Of a stretch of DNA of 64,000 bases, positions 56,369-64,000 are shown in pieces. The notes beneath the pieces are model-generated. The model saw only the letters and a list, made by a program, of their open reading frames with translations, was not told where the DNA came from and searched no databases. The DNA is from an uncultured Verrucomicrobiae bacterium (GTDB lineage Bacteria; Verrucomicrobiota; Verrucomicrobiia; Limisphaerales; JAHDYP01), in the NCBI GenBank assembly GCA_963765535.1, contig CAVXWU010000017.1:160199-224198 (forward strand). The letters are read 5' to 3'. Every line of letters starts with the position of its first letter. Position 1 is the first letter of the stretch. The position numbers and the translations under genes are program-made.

Positions 56369-57529
56369 ATGCCAGGCCCGGTGAAGCTCACTCAACTCCG
56401 CGCCGGGATTATCGGCACGGGGTTCATTGGCCCCGTGCACATCGAGGCCTTGCGGCGGATCGGAGTTAAGGTCACCGCGGTATGCGACACCACCGAGCGG
56501 GCGCGCGTGGCGGCGGGGCGGTTTGACATTCCGGAGGTCTATGGCGATATGGACTACCGGCGGTTGGCGCGGTCTTCCCAGGTGGATGTGGTGCATATCA
56601 CCGCGCCGAACCGGTTCCATTGTGTCATGGCGCTAGAAGCCTTGCGTGCGGGCAAACATGTGGTGTGCGAGAAACCGTTGGCGATGAATTCAATCGAGGC
56701 CGCCCGCATCGGCGCGGCGGTCGATGCCGGACGATCGGTCTTTGCCGTGAACTACAACGTGCGCTTCTATCCGGCAGTCCTCGAACTGCGGCATTTGGTG
56801 GCTCGTGGCGCATTGGGCCGGATCATGCATGTCAACGGCAGTTATTTTCAGGACTGGTTGTTCAAGGCCACGGATTACAATTGGCGATTGCTGCCGCGAG
56901 AAGGCGGACGGTTGCGCGCCGTGGCCGACATCGGCACGCACTGGATGGATACGGCTTCGTTCATCCTCGGTTCCAGGATCAAATCAGTCCTCGCGGACCT
57001 GGCCACGTTCCACCGGAAACGCAAACGGCCCTTGGGCGAAGTGCAGACTTTTTCCGCATCATCGAAAGGGATCCGTTACGCCACCTATCCCGTCCAGACG
57101 GAGGATTTCGCCAACCTCCTCCTTCACTTCGAAAACGGGGCGCGCGGCAACGTGGGGGTTTCGCAAGTGGCCGCCGGCCGTAAGAACAGCATCCGGATCG
57201 AGATCTACGGGTCCAAAAAAGCATCCTGGTGGAATTCCGAGCAGCCGGAGGAGCTTCGTTTCGGAAACCGCGACGAAGCGAATCAGTCTGCGGTGCGGAA
57301 TGCGCCGGGATTTGAAGTTGGCGCGCGCGGGAATATGGATTATCCCGCGGGGCACGTGGAGGGCTTTCCTGATACTTTCAAGATGTTGTTCCGATCGGTC
57401 TACGGGGTGATTGTCCGGGGTGGTCGGGGCGAGCGCCTGTTCGCCGGGGCGGCGGACGGCCAGCACGAAGTGGCCGTGTGCGAAGCAATTCTGCGTAGCC
57501 ACCGTTGCAGGGCGTGGGTGGAGGTATGA
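56369..57529 (+). CDS. Gfo/Idh/MocA family oxidoreductase
   Basis: LRAGIIGTGFIGPVHIEALRR (Rossmann GxGxxG) and EKPLAMN are classic family motifs. Confidence 0.8.
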   Translation: MPGPVKLTQLRAGIIGTGFIGPVHIEALRRIGVKVTAVCDTTERARVAAGRFDIPEVYGDMDYRRLARSSQVDVVHITAPNRFHCVMALEALRAGKHVVCEKPLAMNSIEAARIGAAVDAGRSVFAVNYNVRFYPAVLELRHLVARGALGRIMHVNGSYFQDWLFKATDYNWRLLPREGGRLRAVADIGTHWMDTASFILGSRIKSVLADLATFHRKRKRPLGEVQTFSASSKGIRYATYPVQTEDFANLLLHFENGARGNVGVSQVAAGRKNSIRIEIYGSKKASWWNSEQPEELRFGNRDEANQSAVRNAPGFEVGARGNMDYPAGHVEGFPDTFKMLFRSVYGVIVRGGRGERLFAGAADGQHEVAVCEAILRSHRCRAWVEV

Positions 57530-57545
57530 GAGAAACTGGCGAAAG

Positions 57546-58316
57546 ATGGACATGAAATACAGCTACGAAGAGCTTGCGGGAATGATTGATCATTCGTTGC
57601 TGCATCCCACCATGACGGATCGCGACTTGATCGCGGGGTGCAAGCTGGCAGCCAGATACGAAGTCGCCTCCGTCTGCATCAAACCGTATGCGGTGAAAAC
57701 GGCGGCGAAACTCCTTCGCGGGACAGCCGTGGCGGTCGGTGCAGTGGTGGGTTTCCCTCACGGCAGCAGTACCACGGACATCAAGGTGGCCGAGACGGAA
57801 ACCGCCTGCCGCGACGGGGCGACTGAAATCGATGTGGTCATCAACGTTGGCAAGGCACTGTCGGGCGATTGGGTCTATGTGGAGAAAGAACTCCGGCGGG
57901 TGGCGCGCGCGGCCCACCGGCGGGGCGCGCTGGTGAAGGTCATTTTCGAAAATGACTTTCTGCCCAGCGACAGCATCAAACGCAGACTCTGCCACCTGTC
58001 GGAAAAGACCGGAGCCGACTTCATCAAAACTTCGACCGGTTACGGGTTCGTAAAGGGCAGCGACGGCAAATACTCCTACCGGGGCGCCACCGAATCCGAT
58101 CTCGAGCTGATGCGCGCGAGTGTCTCCGGGAAGGTCCAGATCAAGGCGGCGGGTGGAGTTCGTGATCTGGATGGCCTTGTGCGGTGTCGGGACTTGGGGG
58201 TGTCTCGAGTAGGCGCAACTGCGACGGCGGCCATCTTGGACGAATACCGAAAGCGGGCGAAGGTCCCTCGTCCGCCGATGAATCTCCGCGCCCGGCTTGG
58301 TGCCGGCGGTTACTGA
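57546..58316 (+). CDS. deoC: deoxyribose-phosphate aldolase
   Basis: I chose the internal ATG at 57546. ..[16 protein letters not shown].., ..ASVCIKPY.., ..EIDVVINVG.., ..VKVIFE.., Schiff-base lysine block DFIKTSTGY, ..IKAAGGVR... Confidence 0.85.
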   Translation: MDMKYSYEELAGMIDHSLLHPTMTDRDLIAGCKLAARYEVASVCIKPYAVKTAAKLLRGTAVAVGAVVGFPHGSSTTDIKVAETETACRDGATEIDVVINVGKALSGDWVYVEKELRRVARAAHRRGALVKVIFENDFLPSDSIKRRLCHLSEKTGADFIKTSTGYGFVKGSDGKYSYRGATESDLELMRASVSGKVQIKAAGGVRDLDGLVRCRDLGVSRVGATATAAILDEYRKRAKVPRPPMNLRARLGAGGY

Positions 58317-58336
58317 TATCAATCGCTTCAAAACCT

Positions 58337-58642
58337 ATGCTGATTATCCATGTTCATGTGCGGGTGAAACCGGATGAGATTGAGGCCTTCCGGGAAACGA
58401 CCATTGCCAATGCCAGGGCCAGCCTCCGCGAACCGGGCATTGCCCGGTTCGATGTGGTTCAACAACTCGAGGACCCGACGCGCTTCGTGTTGATCGAAGT
58501 CTATCGCGATGAGAAAGCACCCGCTCGGCACAAGGAAACGGCCCACTACGCCGCCTGGCGCGATACGGTCGCCCCCATGATGGCCGAACCGCGGCGCAGC
58601 GTGAAATTCTTGAATGTCTACCCGGATGACGAGGGCTGGTAG
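58337..58642 (+). CDS. antibiotic biosynthesis monooxygenase (ABM) family protein
   Basis: The ATG at 58337 gives a 101-aa protein. [22 protein letters not shown].. ..[23 protein letters not shown] is a typical ferredoxin-like ABM pattern. Confidence 0.7.
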   Translation: MLIIHVHVRVKPDEIEAFRETTIANARASLREPGIARFDVVQQLEDPTRFVLIEVYRDEKAPARHKETAHYAAWRDTVAPMMAEPRRSVKFLNVYPDDEGW

Positions 58643-58662
58643 CTCTTCTCCTTTCAAGGGCT

Positions 58663-59880
58663 ATGGATGCCCGTAGCTTCCACGCCATGATCCCCTTCGA
58701 ATTTCGCCTCCCCGGGCGGGTCCTTTTCGGCCGCGGCAGACTCAGCGAAGCCGGGAAACTCGCGGGCGATTGGGGACGGTTCGCCTTCGTGGTAACGGGA
58801 AGCTCCAGTCAACGCGCCGCCCCATTGGTGAATCTGCTCGAGGGCGCCGGCCTGAAGGTCGAACTTCTTGCCGTGGCGGGGGAACCCACCTTGGCCGCAA
58901 TCGAGTCCGGTGTCGATCGGGCCCGAAAATCGGGTGCCGACCTGGTTATCGGATTCGGTGGTGGCAGCGCCCTCGACGCGGCCAAGGCGATCGCGGCACT
59001 GGCGACAAATCCCGGTTCGATCCTGGACTATCTGGAAGTGATCGGTGCGGGAAGGGCGATTTCTCAAGAACCGCTTCCAGTGATCGCCATACCGACGACC
59101 GCGGGAACGGGGGCGGAGGCGTCTCGCAACGCAGTGCTTTCCTCACCGGAACATAAAGTCAAGGCCAGCTTGCGCAGCCCCCGCATGCTGCCAAAGGCGG
59201 CCATTGTTGATCCCGAGTTGACGTACGGGATGCCACCGGGCATCACGGCGATCACTGGGCTGGATGCGCTAACGCAGCTCATCGAGGCTTTTGTTTCCTC
59301 TCGGGCCAACTCTTTCACCGACACGCTCTGCCGCGATGGCATCGGGCGCATCGCCGTAGCCCTGCCGACCGCCTGCGCCCACGCCAGCCTCACTCCACAC
59401 GATCCGGCATGGTCCGACCCCCAGTACTGTGCCGCCCGCGAGGAAATGGCGCTCGCCAGTTTATGGAGCGGCGTCGCACTGGCAAATGCCGGGTTGGGCG
59501 CCGTTCACGGCTTCGCTGGGCCGCTGGGAGGTACGTTTGACGCCCCGCACGGCGCCATTTGCGCGGCCCTCCTGCCGAACGTCATGCGGGCGAACATCAT
59601 CGCCGCTCGCCGGCGGGCCCCGGACGGTCCCACGATCGTCCGATACGATCAAATTGCGCGCTGGTTGACAGGGCGTCCGGAAGCCACCTCCGAGGACGGC
59701 GTGGACTGGGTACGACAGCTCGGTGCGGATTTGGGCGTCGCCTCGTTGGGCGAGTTCGGCGTGAAGCCCGGGCATTTCGCGGGATTGGTCGCGAGCGCGT
59801 GCCGGTCGAGCAGCATGAAAGGAAACTCCCTCGAATTGACCGAGTCGGAACTGACGTCAATCCTGGAACAATCCTTGTGA
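58663..59880 (+). CDS. iron-containing (group III) alcohol dehydrogenase
   Basis: GFGGGSALDAAKAIA, IAIPTTAGTGAE, and metal-His region ..GAVHGFAGPLG.. / ..PHGAICAALLP... Confidence 0.8.
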   Translation: MDARSFHAMIPFEFRLPGRVLFGRGRLSEAGKLAGDWGRFAFVVTGSSSQRAAPLVNLLEGAGLKVELLAVAGEPTLAAIESGVDRARKSGADLVIGFGGGSALDAAKAIAALATNPGSILDYLEVIGAGRAISQEPLPVIAIPTTAGTGAEASRNAVLSSPEHKVKASLRSPRMLPKAAIVDPELTYGMPPGITAITGLDALTQLIEAFVSSRANSFTDTLCRDGIGRIAVALPTACAHASLTPHDPAWSDPQYCAAREEMALASLWSGVALANAGLGAVHGFAGPLGGTFDAPHGAICAALLPNVMRANIIAARRRAPDGPTIVRYDQIARWLTGRPEATSEDGVDWVRQLGADLGVASLGEFGVKPGHFAGLVASACRSSSMKGNSLELTESELTSILEQSL

Positions 59881-59909
59881 AACCGGCGCATTGAAGACGG
59901 CCGGCGATC

Positions 59910-60797
59910 TCAGCGCACCAGGCCGAGGTTATGCAGGATGGCGGTAGTGGAACGGCCCTTGTTAAGAGTGTAGAAATGCAGCCCCGGAGCGCCTTCCCGA
60001 AGCAGTTCGCCACATTGTTGGCTGGCATGCTCAATCCCAAACTCGACAGTCGCATCACCATCTCCCAATTGATTCAACCGTTGCAGCAGCGGCTCCGGTA
60101 ATTTCGCGCCGCACAGGGCAGTAAATTTTTTGATCTGGCTGGCGCTCAGGATCGGGATGATTCCCGGAAAGATCGGCACGGTAACCCCGAGGCGAGCGAG
60201 ATGTTCGCGGAACTGGTAGTAGTGATTGTTGTCGAAGAATAATTGCGTGATGACGAAATCAGCGCCCTGGTCCACCTTGGCCTTGACCCGCTGCCAGTCC
60301 ACTTCCTTTCCTTCGGTGCAGGCGATATGCCCCTCGGGAAACCCGGCGACACCGATGCAGAACCCGCCGAATTCGCGCAGAAGCGCCACCAATTGCCAGG
60401 CGTATTCGAACCCACCTTCAGTGGGTTCGAAAGCGGAACTGCCCGCCGGCGGGTCCCCACGCAACGCCAGAATGTTGTGAATACCAAGTGCGCGAGCCTG
60501 ACCGGCGATCTCGAGCAATTGTTCGCGAGTCGACCCGACGCAGGTCAAGTGAGCCAACGCCGTCAGGCTGTGCTCGCGTTGAATCTGGTCGACGATAGCC
60601 AAAGTTTTCGCGCGGGTCGTGCCGCCAGCGCCATAAGTTACCGAGCAGAAATCGGGCTTCAGCGCAGCCAGGCTGGGCACAGTCTTGGACATGAAGCTGC
60701 GCTCGCCTTCTTCCGTCTTAGGCGGAAAGAACTCGAATGAAATGACCGGCTCCGAGCGCGCGGCCTTTCCAGCGTGGATGTCCCGGATCGATAGCAT
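59910..60797 (-). CDS. metF: methylenetetrahydrofolate reductase
   Basis: I chose the internal ATG at 60797. ..VISFEFFPPKTEEGE.., ..CSVTYGAGGTTR.., ..AHLTCVG.., ..ILALRGDPP.., ..DFVITQLFFD... Confidence 0.85.
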   Translation of the reverse strand: MLSIRDIHAGKAARSEPVISFEFFPPKTEEGERSFMSKTVPSLAALKPDFCSVTYGAGGTTRAKTLAIVDQIQREHSLTALAHLTCVGSTREQLLEIAGQARALGIHNILALRGDPPAGSSAFEPTEGGFEYAWQLVALLREFGGFCIGVAGFPEGHIACTEGKEVDWQRVKAKVDQGADFVITQLFFDNNHYYQFREHLARLGVTVPIFPGIIPILSASQIKKFTALCGAKLPEPLLQRLNQLGDGDATVEFGIEHASQQCGELLREGAPGLHFYTLNKGRSTTAILHNLGLVR

Positions 60798-60980
60798 GCG
60801 TATCCGCCCGGACTTAGGACGCAACCTTTCCGGGGGATCTCTGCGATCCCCTGGCCCGCCGCAAGCCCAGGCTCCCTGAAAGTAAGAGGAGGGACGCGTC
60901 TCAAGCCAGCCCTTTTTGCGGAATGGGATGGGATTGGCCAAAACCTCCTGTCAGCGGTAAGCTGCTCGAGTTCTGGAACT

Positions 60981-61637
60981 ATGAATGACGAGCCGGTCTA
61001 CGATGAAATGTGGTGGGAGCGAGAGCTGCATCGCAACGAGAAACTCATGGACCGTTATCTGGCCGCTTTGGCCGAAAACCCCGACTTGGCCCGGCTTCAA
61101 CAACCGGATCCCGGCCCTAACGCGAGCCTCGCAGACCTCGACGCGGTCGACGATGGCGCCTCGTCGAAGCTGGACGCTTTGGAGATCGAACGGTTGGAAG
61201 AATCGAGGTTCGAGTCCTGTGACAGTGACAACGATGCGGGTGATCCTTTTGAAGACATCGAGAATGGCTTGGAAAACAGCCCGCCAGACAACGAAGGATA
61301 TGCCGATGTCGCCCGGCTCGCCCGGAAATTCGCGGTTGCCATTGCCAGCCTCGAGCCGCGCCGGGAAATCCCCCAGATCCTTTTCCTGTCCGCACCCAAG
61401 ATCGGCGCGAATCTCGCCGGCGGACATGGGCTCGGCTATGATGAAGAAACGCTTTGTGGCAATATCGTCAAATGCCGTTGGGCGCTGGCCGATTGCGAAT
61501 TCTGCCGGGAGATGCTCGAACAACTGGCGCAGAGGACCGGCGGGGCGGACTACCGTTCGTTGGCCTCCGAGAGCAGCCGACTTTCCCGGCACATCCGCGA
61601 GCGGGTCGCCCGCCTGCGCGAGCGGGTGTGGTGGTGA
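60981..61637 (+). CDS. acidic hypothetical protein (218 aa)
   Basis: The ORF has reasonable codon usage. It has an Asp/Glu-rich centre and a Cys-containing C-terminal helical part (..CGNIVKCRWALADCEFCREML..). No family recognised. Confidence 0.5.
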   Translation: MNDEPVYDEMWWERELHRNEKLMDRYLAALAENPDLARLQQPDPGPNASLADLDAVDDGASSKLDALEIERLEESRFESCDSDNDAGDPFEDIENGLENSPPDNEGYADVARLARKFAVAIASLEPRREIPQILFLSAPKIGANLAGGHGLGYDEETLCGNIVKCRWALADCEFCREMLEQLAQRTGGADYRSLASESSRLSRHIRERVARLRERVWW

Positions 61638-61751
61638 TCCGGCGGCGCAGCCACCAACCCAGGGCTGACGCTTTTCATGGGCGGCCGCGTCGCAATTCGG
61701 CCTCGGGCTTGAGTGTGCCAATTTCCAATCTGAAACCTCAGACGTCGGCGC

Positions 61752-63560
61752 TTACTTTTCGTTAGGTTTCTTGCCGCCAAGAATGTTATTGAGGACGCTC
61801 TTGCCATCCACGCCGAGTTTCTTGCCCACCTCGCGGTTAAGAGTCTCTTCGGCTTTCCCGCGCAATTGATTCGCCATTTCGCTGGCGCCCGCCTTGACCA
61901 GGGCATCGGCGAAGGCCTTCTCATCCACTTGAATTCGCGGGTTATCGAGCGGCCCGGCCAGACCGATGGGCAGGACCAGTTGATCAACCAGGGTCGGTTT
62001 GATATTGGGCAGTGCAAAGGTGACCTGCTTCAGCGTGGCCTGCAAAGGCAGGTTCACTTGAATCCCGTTCATGGCTTCCCACGTGCCCTGCAACGAAAGA
62101 TCAATTGTCCCGCCTGAAATCGGATGCGCGCCGCCCACGACGAGTTCCGACGCGACGCGGTCCGTCGACAAACCGCGGTACTCAAAGTTCAGGACGTTCG
62201 CCGAAGGTGTGCTGGCGAAGCGCTCCAATTGCGTGCCAAAACGGAGGGTTTGACCGCTGGATTCGATGATGAGCTCCGGTGGCTTGCCCAGCAACGCCGG
62301 TTGCGTCGAGAGATTGCGGGCGGTGATGGACAAGGTTTCATCGGGCAGTTCCGTGGTCCGCACCTTGTCCGCAACCAGTTCAAGCACGGTAAACGTGGGA
62401 CTGCCTTCGATCAGATGCGTTGCGCGCACCCGGCCATAACCTAATTCGAGCGCCTGGCGCTCCAGCCTCTCGCGCAAAGTCTCTTCCTTCTCCGCGCTCG
62501 GCTTCGCCGGCCCGGAGAGCTTTTCGAGCCAGCGTCGAGCCTGCGCGAGTCTTTCTTTCCAGACCTTGGCTTTTTGAAGGTAGTCATCCAGGGTCTTCGT
62601 GCTCGGGGGGGTCTCGCTCGGGATCGGTTCCGGTGGCGGGCCGATCAAGTGCCCGGGAGCGACCCTCTTTTCCCCCGAGGTCGCGCCGCTTACGATCACC
62701 CGGTCCAGTTGGAGCCTTTTGCGGAGGAGATTTGCCCCACTGATCTGCGCCTCGATTTTCGCCGCGCGAAGCAGATCGGTATTCAGGGCATTCGGGTCCG
62801 CCATGGCGAGACCGGTCAAGGTCAGTCGTTGGCTCTTCAAATCAAGATCCGCGTTTTCAAGGTCGACCGTGGCGCCGTTGGCACGTTCGAGACCGCGTTG
62901 TAGTGCGGCGGACACAATGGGCCCGGCCGCGAAGCTCTGGAGCAGGATCAGGAGCACGACCACCAGCAGGGCGAAAACCACCCCCAGCATCCGGATCGGA
63001 TTGCCCACTTTCTTCGCCAGCACCTGTTCGTAGGATTGTTTGCCAAGACCGCCACCGACGAAGATGTAGGTCATGAGTTTTACCCAGCGTTTTTGCGTGA
63101 ACTGGTTGAAACGTTCAGAACCCTTTTCCAGCGCCGACATCCTATTCCTGAACGTATTGACGGCGTAAACCATGAACAGCCCGGCAGCGAATCCGCAGAG
63201 CAACCCCATCCCCAGGCCCCCGGTGACCACATAGTATTCAAAACCGAATAGCGCGAAAACCGGCGCGTTGATCAAGGCACGGAAAACCCCTTGCGTGGGG
63301 CCGTCCAACAACAGGCCGCCTGCATTGAAGGTTAAAGGGACAATTAAGAACGACAGAAGTTTCGCCAGACCCGCCACGATCGCGGCGACGCCCAGATTGG
63401 CGTTAAACATCACGAGCGCCAGCGTCACGGCGATCATTAGACCCGGGGCCTGCGCGAACCCCGGCATGAATCCGAGCACGGCTCCCAACACGCAGGCCGT
63501 GAACAATTGGAACGGTGTGGCTTTGCCTCGCAGGATGCGACCAACGGTCCGGGTGATCAT
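61752..63560 (-). CDS. membrane protein of unknown function (polytopic N-domain plus large soluble domain)
   Basis: There are 4-5 N-terminal TM helices (..FQLFTACVLGAVLGFMPGF.., ..LGVAAIVAGLAKLLSFLIV..), another TM (..VVFALLVVVLLILLQSF..), then about 380 aa of soluble sequence. Family not confidently recognised. Confidence 0.6.
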   Translation of the reverse strand: MITRTVGRILRGKATPFQLFTACVLGAVLGFMPGFAQAPGLMIAVTLALVMFNANLGVAAIVAGLAKLLSFLIVPLTFNAGGLLLDGPTQGVFRALINAPVFALFGFEYYVVTGGLGMGLLCGFAAGLFMVYAVNTFRNRMSALEKGSERFNQFTQKRWVKLMTYIFVGGGLGKQSYEQVLAKKVGNPIRMLGVVFALLVVVLLILLQSFAAGPIVSAALQRGLERANGATVDLENADLDLKSQRLTLTGLAMADPNALNTDLLRAAKIEAQISGANLLRKRLQLDRVIVSGATSGEKRVAPGHLIGPPPEPIPSETPPSTKTLDDYLQKAKVWKERLAQARRWLEKLSGPAKPSAEKEETLRERLERQALELGYGRVRATHLIEGSPTFTVLELVADKVRTTELPDETLSITARNLSTQPALLGKPPELIIESSGQTLRFGTQLERFASTPSANVLNFEYRGLSTDRVASELVVGGAHPISGGTIDLSLQGTWEAMNGIQVNLPLQATLKQVTFALPNIKPTLVDQLVLPIGLAGPLDNPRIQVDEKAFADALVKAGASEMANQLRGKAEETLNREVGKKLGVDGKSVLNNILGGKKPNEK

Positions 63561-63570
63561 AGAAAAATCC

Positions 63571-64000
63571 TTATAAGCCCGACTTGCGGCAAGCGCAATG
63601 CCAACGTATCCGCTTCACTTCAAAACGCGCCGGCGAGCCCAAGTCCGGATCCAGCTCAATCCGCGCGTATCCGCCATCTTTGAGTAATTCGATGCCGGAA
63701 AGGGCTGGACAAAGCCGCACCTTGAACGGATCCCAAAGGCGCGCTTCGCGCAAAGCGCCGCTCATCCGGCGGACGGCATTCCCAAGGAAATGGATGTGTG
63801 GCATCCCCGCCAACGCCCGGCTTTGCCACAGGATCAGCGGCGAATGCAGATGGCCGATCACCGTCCACTCGATTTGCGCCGCCCGACTTCGTACGGAATG
63901 CTCCCGCCAGAGAAAAGGCAATGCTGTCGGGTCGTGGCAGAAGAGGAGGATCCGGCGGTCCGGCTCCAGCCCCTCGAAGGCGGCTGCGATCGTCGTGAGA
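63571..64000 (-). CDS. metallophosphoesterase-like protein, C-terminal part (5' end outside window)
   Basis: The frame stays open to the window edge (..RRILLFCHDPTALPFLWREH..). ..TVIGHLHSP.. resembles the GHxH block of calcineurin-fold phosphoesterases. The 'M' at 63921 in the ORF track is an internal TTG. Confidence 0.4.
   Translation of the reverse strand, partial: LTTIAAAFEGLEPDRRILLFCHDPTALPFLWREHSVRSRAAQIEWTVIGHLHSPLILWQSRALAGMPHIHFLGNAVRRMSGALREARLWDPFKVRLCPALSGIELLKDGGYARIELDPDLGSPARFEVKRIRWHCACRKSGL

Noticed and set aside
60798-60950. SAM or SAH riboswitch call upstream of metF
   Set aside because: The consensus elements I remember (for example the GAGGGA..GGCCC core of SAM-I) are absent. 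Only a generic hairpin is present.
1-64000. tRNA, rRNA or tmRNA genes
   Set aside because: I scanned for T-loop-like GGTTCGAATCC-type motifs and rRNA-like conserved stretches and found none. This was a visual scan, so a cryptic tRNA cannot be fully excluded.

Overview
This is a 64-kb, high-GC bacterial chromosomal segment. My spot counts on single 60-nt lines gave about 57-77% GC in the first 13.7 kb, about 52-72% elsewhere, and as low as about 45% inside the gene at 37.8-39.8 kb. The gene content (GH38, beta-helix and SGNH hydrolases, an IPT/TIG surface protein, an FtsX/ADOP-type remnant, secreted proteins ending in RFFR) suggests a Verrucomicrobia-, Planctomycetes- or Acidobacteria-like heterotroph, but that is inference only.

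Layout:
(1) 1-13.7 kb holds a tightly packed plus-strand operon. It starts with the 3' part of a PhoD-like phosphatase, followed by four very large ORFs (1215, 977, about 1460 and 576 aa) in which I see no recognisable catalytic, ATPase, signal-peptide or TM motifs.
(2) 13.75-15.09 kb, directly after that operon, is a non-coding array of 12 tandem units of about 98-124 bp. Most units carry a TTCGCGAA palindrome and all carry a hairpin-forming inverted repeat.
(3) 15-34 kb is a mosaic: a URO-D-like gene, an IS4/Tn5-type transposase remnant, nfeD-floA, an MFP-RND pump, small enzymes, GH38, a beta-helix hydrolase, a translationally coupled UDG-fold plus amidohydrolase pair, and an esterase.
(4) 34.1-39.8 kb holds a 1033-aa LCAT-like lipase / macro-like / CHAT protease fusion coupled to the esterase. 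It also holds a secreted SGNH hydrolase carrying about 22 copies of an 11-residue N-x-x-[YF]-[DN]-P repeat.
(5) 40-44.4 kb is a second MFP-RND (AcrAB-like) pump.
(6) 44.4-45.7 kb is a decayed region with an FtsX 3' remnant, a solo array-like motif and a structured inverted-repeat element.
(7) 45.7-64 kb is core housekeeping: TPR protein, hflX, miaA, lspA, dnaN, cysteine desulfurase, esterase, a frameshifted IPT/TIG protein, oxidoreductase, deoC, ABM, Fe-ADH, metF and others.

I found no rRNA, tRNA or CRISPR by eye. The best candidates for an undescribed system are the giant-protein operon together with its downstream repeat array, and the lipase-CHAT fusion. All family assignments come from motif recognition by eye. 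No searches were run.
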